Shown here in pieces: positions 1 to 11,170 of a stretch of 64,000 nucleotides of DNA. Origin of the DNA: Podarcis filfolensis. Its lineage: Eukaryota. Location: NCBI GenBank assembly GCA_964270895.1, contig OZ185441.1. One strand, written 5' to 3'. The notes under the pieces were generated by a model that was given only the letters and a program-made list of their open reading frames with translations, made no database searches and was not told the origin of the DNA. Position 1 is the stretch's first letter. Every line of letters begins with the position of its first letter. A program made the translations under genes and the position numbers.

Positions 1-188
1 TTTGCCCTCTGGACATTGCCAGGCTACAAACCTTAAACTGGGGATTTAAGATATAAGAATCAAATCAGAATAATCAGGGACAGTCACTCACTTCTAGTTT
101 TTCAATGGTAGTGATTTCCAAATGCTAATGGGACAAGCCACATCAGTTCAGAATGTTCTTTTTCCTCCTCCCCCCACCAACCTGCCAG

Positions 189-3100
189 CCATGCACTTGA
201 ATCCTACACTGCTCTTCCCTACAATCAGCGCAGTCCTTGTCCTTCAAACCCAATGAACCGCCCAGCATATCAAGGAAGCAACCCTATCAGTGATATCTGG
301 GCCATCCATGCATTACGGATTGTTGCTAAATATTTAAAGAGGTAAGAGTTCTATTTTATTAGGGTGCGTATAATTTTCTTTACTGAGCCCTGCAGTGGAT
401 TATTTGGAGGTAGAGAATTGTGGCAGAGAGAACTGGGATGTGTCTAATAACAGGGTTTTGCTTCCCAGGGCAAATTTTGGAAAGAGCATGTTAGTTAAGC
501 AGCTCAGACATATGTCATACAAAATTGCATAACTGAGGTCCCAGTCATAAAAAGAGAGAGAGGATGTAAACTTCTTCATGGCTCAAAGTGGCTAATTTGA
601 GACAAATGCAATGGGAATCATGTGCTAGAAGTCATAGCACTCTCTTCTGACACCTGCTGTGATCATTACTAATAGATACTTAATGAGTTCCACTGACTTT
701 GAAAAAGGGTTTTTCTCCTACAACACTTGATTTTGAGCATTGTCTTTCATGTGAAAAGCTGCATTTTACAAGGTCAGATCATTTGTCCCATCACCTGATT
801 GTTTAGAAGTAGATGTTAGGAATTGATCCTGGAACATTCTGCATTGCAGACATGTTTTCTGCCACTGAACAAGAGTCCTTTCCCAAACCAAGTAGGATTT
901 GTGGCTATGAAACCAATGCCACAATAAACAAGTTGACCTCGTAGCCTCCTACAGTGCAATTTGCCTTTTGAATAACAGACTTGCGTTCCGCACAGAGCCA
1001 TCAGGGATCCAGAAGATAAAGAAGCAAGGGCCAACATGCACCTGGCAAGTGCTTCTGCCGGCATTGGCTTTGGAAATGCTGGGGTACATCTTTGGTGAGT
1101 TGAGAACAATTTTTATTGCCCTCACATAACTGTTGTCTTTTTTGTTCCATTAAATGCAATAAAATGTGAATGCATTGTCCATGGGGAGGGCATGATCCGT
1201 GCTAGTTACAGTGTTCTGTCCAATGTGGCCTTTCCATTGTCAAGCAAAAGCGCTTAAAACTGGGCTTTAGCAGTTTAAAATATGCCTAAATGTATAATGC
1301 TCTATCTATTTCATTCATTCATTCATTCATTCATTCATTCATTAAATGTAAATCCCATCCTTCCAAAGGAAGCCAAGGCAACTCTATATACCACCCTATA
1401 CCCAAGGGTCTCAGGGCAGTTCACAGAAAAAAGTCAAGATATAAAACCACAAAATACATAATAAAAATAAAAACAACAGCCCAATAGCACCCCCCAAAAA
1501 AGCCACATTTAAAACAGCATAATTAACAAGAGAATAAAATATTATCATAAGCATGACATGGATGTTTGGCAGGCACAAAAAGAATCCAATATTTAGGATT
1601 TGTTATCAGGCATAGCAATGTCCCTCCGGCATAGCTGTCAACGTTTTCCTTTTTTTAAGGGAAATTCCCTTATTCCGAATAGGATTGCTCGCAAGAAAAG
1701 GGAAAAGTTGACAGCTATGCCTTCTGCCCCCCCCCAGGAGTTTCGCCCCAGTAGAGCTGGGCGAGTCTGGGCCCCGTCAACTAGGCCAGGTGGAAAAGGC
1801 CTTTCAGGGAACAGCCTTCACAACTCACAGCCAGGCGATGTGAAAAAGGAGGTACCTTTTTTCACATGTGGTGGTCTTGTAATAAGGTTAAAGCTTACTG
1901 GGAAAGGATTATAATGAATTGAAAAAGATGTTTGAGATAACATTCATATATTTAAAAAAACCCAGAAGCTTTTCTCTTGGGAATTATAGGATTAGAACTA
2001 CCCAAACAGTATAGAAATTTATTTATGTAGGCAACTACAGCTGCAATAATGTTATTTCCCCAAAAGTGGAAGGATGAAGAGGCCCCGACGAAAGAAGATT
2101 GGATACAGAAACTGATGGAGTATGCAGAAATGGTGAAACTTGCCGGAATAAGAAATCAAGATTCTAAACTTTTTAGAAAGGAATGGAAGTGGTTTACTGA
2201 GTATTTACAAACAAACTGTAAACAGATCAAGACATTGGCCGGATCATTGTAAAAACCTGCAATTTTAAAAATATATATAAGAATAGGCAATTAAAAGAAG
2301 AAGCTAAGGCAATTTGGAGTACGCAGGAAAGGACAAAGATAAATGTAAGGAACTGCAGAAAGAGGGGGAAAGGAGCTGAAATTGAAAATGTTAAAACTTG
2401 ATTAAATAATTGTTGCAATGCATATAAATGAAAATTATTTTTAAAATGTAATAAAAGAAAAGAAAAAGAAATGCTGATCTGTCTTCCCCATACATAACCT
2501 GTATCCACTACATGCGGAGGTTATCATTTGGATGAACAGCTACTTCACATGTGAAAAAGGGTATAACCCTATTTGTCCCAGAATGAGAGATGTAGGGATA
2601 TGTGCTTGTGCATTCAGGTGCAAATGGTAATCAACCTCTTCCTAAATTAGCTTCCATGCATACTTGCATACGACACTTTTGGACACCCAAGTAATTCTGG
2701 ATCAGGGACTTTCCCCCTTGCGTTGTTGTCATGAAAGGGTCATTGCCAAGGTGCCTCTTAACCCCTTGACCCAACTGAGACACCAACAATATCAGAGAGG
2801 CATTCATAAACCTCTTAGCAACTCTCTGCACCTCCTCCAATCAATTATATTCAGAATAAAGTTGAGTATTTTCTAGTTGCTTGTATAATTTGTTTATGTT
2901 CCTACCTTTTCATACTAAAACGAAGGCTTTCTTTCCCTCTAGCCATGGCATGTCTTACCCTATTTCTGGCTTGGTGAAGAATTACAAAGCAAAGGATTAC
3001 AATGTGGACCACCCTTTAGTGGTAACTACTTAATGCACTTGCTATTCAATTTGCCTGAAAATGATATTGCTGTTACTTTCAGCACTGAACTTTGAACAAT

Positions 3101-6100
3101 ATAGGTTGCCTGGTTAATGCAAGCTGTGCTTTTCTTTCCTGCAGCCGCATGGTCTTTCCGTTGTCCTCACGTCCCCAGCAGTGTTTACTTTCACAGCCCC
3201 TATGTGTCCAGAGCGTCACTTGGAGGCTGCACAGATAATGGGTATGATTCTGTTGATAAAATGTGAGAGTACATGCTTTCAAGGTTGATAGGCAAGATGT
3301 CATTCAGCCCTTCCAGGATCTGCACCTTTTTTATGTCTAATGCAACGGACATGCAATATTATTTTGTTTGAGGGTTCTCAAACTGGTATAAGGAGCTTTT
3401 GTAGGTGTGTTGTTGTTTTTGAACCAATGTCATCCTCTCCCCTCCCCAATGTAGTGGTATTTCCCCCAGTGGATGGGCACAAGCTGCTCCTAGGTCTGGA
3501 TCAGAAGCTGGGGTGAGGTTTGGGTGCAGAAGAGACCAAATCCATCTTAAATGTACAAGCTGAATTTGCCGGTATACAATTGAATCTCACCCACAAAACA
3601 GCAACCGTTGGGAACTGGACTCAGCTAATGTGTCAGATTTACTGACAAGCAAAACAAGTCAGGATTTGTATATTTTTAAAAAAGGAATTTGTTGATTTAT
3701 CCCTTAAAAAAGAAAAAACAAGCACCGACTCAGGGTGCTTCCAGACAAGGGAATAATACTATAGTGGGGTCACTGCCATTTTTTTTAATCATAGAGTAAA
3801 TTTGAATAAAATGGAGGTGTGGGGATATGGGCAGTTTTATTCTAATTATGTTGTGTGGACACCGACATATTTACTTGCATGAGGAGCACCTGTTTCGCAA
3901 TAAACACCTGTCTGGAAACACCCTCTGACTCATAAAGGTTAACCTGGACAGTTTTGATATCACAAACATCAATGTCTGATTCCTGGATTCCACTGATTTC
4001 ATTGCAATGACCTTCCTGTCCTATAGGTGTTTTGTGTTCATCAGAAGAATTAGTGACAGCAAGGGGCCCACAATCCTAACTTCAGTCTGCATGTGCATAT
4101 CTGCCTTAAGCAATACTTAGTGAACACACGATAAAAATGCTAAGAGTGGCTGCACCTCTCATGGGTCACTCACAGCTTTAGATTGTGTTTTCCACAATCT
4201 ATTGCCACTTATCAGACTGATGGTAGTAAAAGCATAATGGGCAGAACAATTGGTTCTCATGCCAGTTAACTTGTTTTTTTGTTGCTGCTGTTCTCTTCCA
4301 ATTTAGATCTATATCATATTTTTAGACTCCTTTAATTGAGAAATAGTTTCATTCAGTTTATTTCATTTCATTTTTAGAGAAATGACTGCTTTGTGTGCGC
4401 ACACGCATTTAGTATATTCAGCTACTGCTACAGCTGAGGGGTCTCTCTTTATTTCCTCAAAGTTCCTCTCTTTATTTTAGGTGCTGACATCAGCACTGCC
4501 AAAACCAAAGATGCGGGTCTTGTTTTGGCAGACACTCTCCGGAAATTCTTATTTGATCTGAACGTTGATGATGGCTTATCTGCTCTTGGTTATTCTAATG
4601 ACGATATCCCTTCCTTAGTCAAAGGTACCCTCCCTCAGGTAAGACAGGTGGCAAAGACCATTTCTCCTAAAATAAAACACTTACCTTTAAAAAAAATCAT
4701 TTATTTTTAAGATGCGAATATAACAGACGGAATATCCTTATTATTAATATCAGTAAGTGATGCTTATATCAGTCCTAACCTAAACATACAGTATACATTT
4801 GTATAGGTATCAAAACTCATAAGCCACACATTCAAACATACTGACAAATGTAGAAAGGGCAGTGAAATGTTCAGACCACTGGGGGATGTTGATCCTTCCA
4901 TCCTTGCAATATAAGTCACTCTGCAACCATAAGGGCTCAGAGGATTAAAATAAAACATTTACTGTAAACGTTTTCCTTTCTTGGCTTTGTTTCTCTGGCA
5001 GCAAACAAGTAACAATTGGATAAAATCCGTAATCCATTTTTCTTTATGCTATGCAGAGCATTCGAAGTACAGTGGTACCTCTGGTTATATACTTAATTCG
5101 TTCCAGAGGTCCATTCTTAACCTGAAACTGTTGTTAACCTGAAGCACCACTTTAACTAATGGGGCATCCCGCTGCTGCTGCAGCAGCTGCTGCTGCCGCA
5201 CCGCCACCGCTGCCACACGATTTCTGTTCTCATCCTGAAGCAAAGTTCTTAACCCAAGGTACTATTTCTGGGTTAGCAGAGTCTGTAACTTGAAGCATAT
5301 GTAACCCGAGGTACCACTGTGGGAGGCAGAGACGACTTCTTTTTATATTGACTTTTCTCCACACATTATTTTGTACATTCTCTAAGAAGGAACCACTAAT
5401 GATAAACAGGTTTATCCTCAGAAACCAGCTGTGCACTGCACTGAGTTTTTGGTCTCTGATTAGCTTGGAGATGTGAAGACTTCCTCCCAAATTCATTGTG
5501 CATAAGATTTCATATATAGAATTGCGTCAAACGAGGAGTGGAGAACTTCAAGTCCTGTGAACCAAATCAGGCCTTCCAGGACTCTCTCTTGGCAATTTCC
5601 CCTTCATACCCATATGAAGCCATACCCATTAACAGCCCTGTTCCATTCTTTTCTTGGGTGCTTTTACCTGGCTGGAATTTGTCTTTGGACTGTGGTAATA
5701 ATACCTATACCTTACCTGGATGGAAGATGGAAGAGTGTGTTTGTGTGTGTAGAAACTTCTGACTTACTTGTGGCTTGAATGCAGTCTACTGTATAAAGGT
5801 TAGTCTGTTGCTCCTCACACTTTTGCCTCTGGCCTTGACCACCACTGTTCTCCATGTTCTCCAGGAAGGAATGTGTCTGTCAGACTGAAAAAGGATCTCC
5901 ACCCTATCTTTTGAACTGTAGCAAGGCATATGCTCTAATCAGTTACTAAGTTGTTAAAGAACTTTCAGCCTTAGTCATCAGTGTGTACTCAACTGTTGAT
6001 GATTGCCAAAACCTTTACATAATTCAATTTATTTTTTGTTTTTGTTTTTTTAAGGAAAGAGTGACTAAATTATCTCCCCGTCCTCAGACTGAAGAAGAAT

Positions 6101-6138
6101 TATCTGCCCTTTTTGAAGCTTCCATGAAACTGTATTAG
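189..6138 (+). CDS. ADHFE1: Hydroxyacid-oxoacid transhydrogenase (iron-containing alcohol dehydrogenase 1), 3' part; last six coding exons (9-14 by human numbering); 5' exons lie outside the window
   Basis: Exons 189-341, 996-1094, 2943-3021, 3145-3241, 4481-4638, 6055-6138 (TAG). All are AG/GT bounded and phases are consistent (153,99,79,97,158,84 nt). Translation: (C)[222 protein letters not shown]. This matches the ADHFE1 C-terminus, with the Fe-ADH histidine motifs (CHALE, HLCHG, PHG) intact. Confidence 0.98.
1310..1343. repeat. (TTCA)n microsatellite, likely the tail of a minus-strand L2/MIR-type retroposon remnant extending to about 1430
   Basis: TTCA repeats followed by aaatcccatccttccaaaggaagccaaggc, which resembles the reverse complement of squamate L2/SINE 3' ends. 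Confidence 0.7.
1630..1719. mobile_element. hAT-type MITE, short (90 bp) variant of the CATAGCTGTCAAC family
   Basis: TIRs catagctgtcaac ... gttgacagctatg. The 8-bp flanks match only 5/8 (ccctccgg / ccttctgc). Same termini as the copy at 55521. Confidence 0.8.
1835..2470 (+). mobile_element. 5'-truncated L1-clade LINE: degenerate ORF2 C-terminus plus 3'UTR and A-rich tail
   Basis: Reads [33 protein letters not shown]...[10 protein letters not shown]...LFM*ATTAA...[27 protein letters not shown]...[10 protein letters not shown]...LAGSL*. This is the HMWWxC zinc-knuckle region typical of L1 ORF2, with a frameshift and a stop. Ends in aataaaagaaaagaaaaagaaa. Confidence 0.85.
5070..5319. mobile_element. 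Tc1/mariner (Tigger/pogo-like) MITE in ADHFE1 intron 13
   Basis: TIRs CAGTGGTACCTC ... GAGGTACCACTG. Flanks are TA (left) and TG (right, mutated TSD). Internal GCT/GCC expansion. Same family as 57841-58082, in opposite orientation. Confidence 0.9.
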
Positions 6139-6412
6139 ATGTTCTTTTTTAAAAAGAATGCTTTCTTCAATTGCATCTAACTCGCATGATGCAATTCAAC
6201 TCATGACTGTCATATGAATGAGTGTAACTCCATATTCTAAATTTAAGAAATCATGCCCATTTCTACATATATTTGCAATCCAAAATATTTCTGATTCCTT
6301 TATTAGTGACTGGAACTAATCACTGATGGTTCTCCCTTGCCTTCCTAAGAACTGTACAGTAATTCACTTCCTAGCATGTCACATGAAGTGGTCCAAATAT
6401 CACAGATACAAA

Positions 6413-6418
6413 AATAAA
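6413..6418 (+). terminator. Candidate ADHFE1 polyadenylation signal (AATAAA); a second candidate is at 6815-6820
   Basis: First AATAAA noticed downstream of the stop codon at 6138. Usage cannot be shown from sequence alone. Confidence 0.45.
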
Positions 6419-7884
6419 ACTTTACAAGTTCGGAAAGTGCCATCCTCTACAGCCACTTCACATTCAGAACTCCCTTTCATACAAAGGATGCTTTGTGTTT
6501 TTTATGACTGCCTTGAACTCTTGGCTCAATGAGACTGCTACCCACCCATTCTGTGTAAGGACTCTTTTATGGCCAAATACCGGATGTGGGTCTGTAAGTC
6601 AATTTATTGCTTGTAAAAGAGGTTGGGAGGAGGTGAAATGCTTTCTGCTTACCCCAGATCAGTGTATCACTCAGCTAATAGGCATGCAAACTTCAATGTC
6701 AATATGTGTCCACACTCTCTCGGAGAGCTTTTGCAGCTCAGACTTTTCCATGGGCTCTTAGGTCAAATGAGAGGAGAGAAGGAAAAAGAAAGCATAATTG
6801 AATTGTTGGCGATTAATAAACACGCACAACTGCCACCACTACACTTCTTTTGCCTCAGAAAAACCCAGTTTTAGGCAGCAGCTCAAGATGTGTTAGGGCA
6901 TATACACACTACAAGATTGAAGGGCTTTGTCACAGACTCTAAGAAATGTAATGAGGGGATCTCTAACTGTTTACGTTGAACATCGTCAAGAAACAAATGC
7001 CCAAAGCTCTTAAAGCCACAATAGCTGTAGCAATTTGATGCTGGTTTAAATTTGGGGTAAAAGATCTTTTCTTATTCAGTGTCATAAGGCAGGATCACAT
7101 GTGAAAGTACATATGTACAGTATGCACTATCCCTAACAAGTCATGAAACACTGAGGGCCAGCAGCAAACCTGATTGCCATTGACTAAATATTAGCAGGAA
7201 GTTGCAAGAGCCAATTCTAGCTCTCTAATAAGAGTACCTTTACAGATCTGTGCACATAATTTTGCTAATGTATCTGTCCCAGCTACTCATTACATTTTCA
7301 CAGGAACGTCTTAAAAATGTACTCTGTGTGGAGCAGATTTCCAGCCAGACTTACCCTGAGAAGGGGCTTGTTTTGCTTAAAAGTCTCATCCACATGGAGC
7401 AGTGAGGGCCCTCTGTTAGTCACCTCACTGACCTTTGAGCTGAATGTTGTGCTTTTAATGAGATACACAAACTTGAATGTTGGTCCCAGAGGCCTTAATT
7501 TCACTACTTGGCATTCAGATGCTGATTTACAGCTGCAGCTAAAATGGGTAACACATCTTAAAGATTGATTGATTGTCAGGGTCGCCAGTGTGCGGCTGCC
7601 CCCTCTCCATTGTTGTGTCACTTGCTTCTCTGCCCTCGAAGGGCACCAGCCATTGTCTGACATAGTTGGTGTTGCTGTGGACACAGCTTAGAATCTGACT
7701 CTTGCACTGCATATATATCTTCGTTCTTCAGAGAAAGAACTGCTACAATACAAAACTGTGATTGGAAATCATGGCTGCTGCTCTGTTTAGGCACAAAAGC
7801 AGGGGAAATAAGGGAGATTTTCAGTCATTTAATTAAAAAGAAACACAAAACATTTTCATCTCTAGATTACAAAATTAGATACTT

Positions 7885-8115
7885 GGTGCTGGCTCTGGAG
7901 TACTTTAATAGTACAGACTAAGATCTGGGAGACCTGGGTTCAAATCCCCACTCAGCCATGAAGCTTACTGGGTGACTTTGGTCCACTCACTGCCTCCCAG
8001 TCCTAGCCTACCTTTCAAGGTTGTTGTGGGGATTAATTTAGGAGGGGGAGAACCATGCACACCGTCTTGAGTTCCTTGGAGAAAAAAGGTATGATATGAA
8101 TGCACTTTTATAAAT
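7885..8115 (+). mobile_element. tRNA-derived CORE-SINE (MIR/Ther1-related)
   Basis: B-box GGTTCAAATCC at 7937-7947, CORE-like tgggtgactttgg...ggttgttgtgggga, then a degenerate L2-type tail ending in taaataaaat. Confidence 0.75.
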
Positions 8116-10719
8116 AAAATAATATTCTTCTCTTCTCACAATGCCAAACTTGTGTTCAAAGTTATGCCTTAAAATCCTGGGTTTGCTTTGCACCATTTTT
8201 CTTTTCAATTGTTTAATTGTGCAACACTTCAGTTCACGGTCCCAGTCCAAAAATACCTGCAGTTTATCCTTATCATACCGACAAGTTAATAGAAGTAGGC
8301 TCAGGTAGCTCAGTAAGGATCAGATTTACTGTTATGCAACTGAGTATGAAATCCAATGAGAATGATACCATTAAAGACTTAGATTTGATAACACACCCTG
8401 CCTGTTGGAAGGATATTAGATGGTGGCCTATTCTCTTTAGATAGTTGCTGCTGATTTTAAATCAGGACCAATGGCAGTAGTTTGCATGGTTAATAAAATG
8501 GGGCAGTTCTAGGTTTTTTATATTCCTGGAGGCAACAGACCATGGAAGCCATTCTCTCTCATTCTTGATGGGTTTATAATTAGTTATGGGAACTCCTCAA
8601 ATGTCCAGAGGTCCTTCAACATTCCTTCATTTTGTTCGACTCTGACAATTAAAATATTTCACTGGGCTTGGTTCAACTTAATTCTGTGCTAATGCGTGAG
8701 AATGTTTCTTTACAGCAATATAATTACCTGGAAATATAAGACTTCATCACATGTGAAGGGGGTTTCACAGTAGGAGGAGCAACAGGACTGTACTTCTGGC
8801 TCCACCCCTACAGTTCCAAGCCCCACCCCCTGACATCCGCACATAGAATAAATACTTGAATTTCTGAAGCCCATACGCATATACTTCCCCTATGCAGGCA
8901 TGGTGGGGCAAGGGTTAGGGTTACCATGTGAAAGATTACATTCCACCAATGTAATGGGTGACCCCACCAAAAAGTACCAAGAACATACAGCAAGAATGTG
9001 GATAATAATTACCTAATGGTGGCCTTCAGTGCAGGAAAAGCTTATAAACACTACAGGGGTGTGGGAGAACTGTTCCCACAACACATTTCAGCAGGTAGGT
9101 TACAGCATCATCTTTCTGAGTTATGTGTTCATCAACTGTTTCACCAGACATTTTCTTTCCACCTCAAGCAAGAGGGGAACTAAAATATTTCTCTTCATAC
9201 ATGGAAAGAAAAATGTGGTTTGTATATTTGCAATAAAATATAACTTTTTAAAAGTTTTAAAATGTTTAATACATAGAAACCACCATTATATTGTGCCTTC
9301 CAGATAGAGAAATTCTGCATGACAAATTTTTAATGGAAACGGATGTTCTTTTCTAGGATTATCTTCTTTAAGGAGTATCCAAAAATTAGCAGGTGGGGGA
9401 ATAGACATTTTGTTTCAGCTTTCTAATTTTGCCTGTGGGTCAATGTGGATCATTTTTCTGACCATTTGTAGAAGTTTGAAATCCCTGCTGCCTAACCTCC
9501 TCTGCTCAGCTCGCTGCTGAATAGATGGTGCACTGATCTTTTTATTGGTTGGTAATGGATTTGGTTTGATTGCTTGACACAAGAACAATAGAAGGATAAA
9601 CAATTCCATTTGTGGCCATGAAATTCCCCATCTGTTTAGTGTGTTTGTGCCTGGGACAAACTGGACGGAGACAGATGAACTAGCCAGCCGAGTCTGATGT
9701 TAATGACATCAGTCATACAAGCAGAACATGTGGCACAATAAATCAAAAACTAATTGAACTTGGGGCTGATTATATTGATTGCTCCCTGAACATTTTAAAT
9801 ACTCCAGTGTTTTCTAGAACAACAGCTTTTCTCCCCCTTCCCAACAGATTTGGTACCATAGGACAGTTTGGAAACAAGTGGTACAAATCCTGTACTAATG
9901 TTGTTCCTGCTTTGTTTGTGAGTCCACAACTCTCATATAAAGCAAGAACTATAGTATTTGGCTCAGGCTCATGAGTTGAATGTTGATGTCCTCCCTTTAA
10001 AATTCTATTGTATTGTAGTAGTGGCAGCAAGTTATATTTCCAGGACATCAGGCACCTCGGATTGCTAATACCAGCTACAGTTTCTGACCCAGAATAGCTA
10101 GACTAACCCTGTATGTGCATTTCACACACCTACAAACAAAAAAAGTATTTTTGTGTGTGCTTAGGTGACAACTCAACCACTATTTTAAAAAGACCCTTTC
10201 CCAAAAGATTAATATAACATTTACAAGACACTCATCACTGTGGCATTCCCAGGATGAAAATGCTAAACCAAGGCACCTGAAGTCAATTCCTTCTTGGAAA
10301 CATAAGAATCAAACTGGGGGAGGGAGGGGCAGTGATTTTGGTGGGCCTAACTCCTGTGTAAGTGGGTGTAGCGTTTCACCTGGTGTCCGTTATTGGTTTT
10401 GCTTTTTTGTTTTTGCAAGGGCTCAACACCTCAGCAAACCAGGCCACCTATTAAAAGAGCTAAATGTAGATTTGAGTGCTTAAGTCCAAGCATCTATATT
10501 TGAAAACGTTGATCTCAGAGCTGAAAGACCTTATCCCACTGCCTTGTGAAACAAGAAACATTTTAAAGTAAAATATGTTCTTATTGCAGCATGTATTGGG
10601 TGTTTTTTTTTAATTGTCCATTTAGAAAATTATTCTGTGTTTATTTTTTAAATGAGTATATGCCTGAAGTGAACAATAAATACTACAAAATAATGCCTGG
10701 TTCTGTCACTCCCACAAAT

Positions 10720-10795
10720 CTTGTAAACCATCCTGTTATCTTCGGATGAAGGGTGGTATAGAAAATTAATTAATAATAACAACAACAATAATAAA
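10720..10795 (+). mobile_element. LINE (L2-like) 3' tail fragment
   Basis: gtaaaccatcctgttatcttcggatgaagggtggtatagaaaattaat followed by an AAT/AAC simple tail. A reverse-oriented relative lies at about 40790-40840. Confidence 0.55.
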
Positions 10796-11170
10796 TGTCT
10801 TATTTCATAATTCCTCGTCTAAATACAAAATGCAAGCATTCCTTCAGGTCGCCACTTACTATTGGCAGAAGGTGCCTGTAACTTGTTTGGTAACAGAGAG
10901 AGGCTATGCAAATAAAATATTGCTTGCATGGCTGTGGTTTTAAGGAACAGCAAAATCAAACCCTGGCGTGAGCAGAATTCATACAAAGGCAGACTGGGGT
11001 TGAAAATGTTGCAATGAAGAATGTAGAATGAGATGAGATCACAGCATCAGTCTCTCCTTTGTGGACGTGGACAATGATCACAGAGCCAGATGGGATTAGT
11101 GAAACCTATTTACCAGAAGTTCAGAGCAGTTGCATGAAGCCGATAGGCAGCCAGGAGGGAGAGGTGAAAA

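Noticed and set aside
7298-7684. 128-aa minus-strand ORF
   Set aside because: No recognisable homology or splice context; within the size expected by chance.
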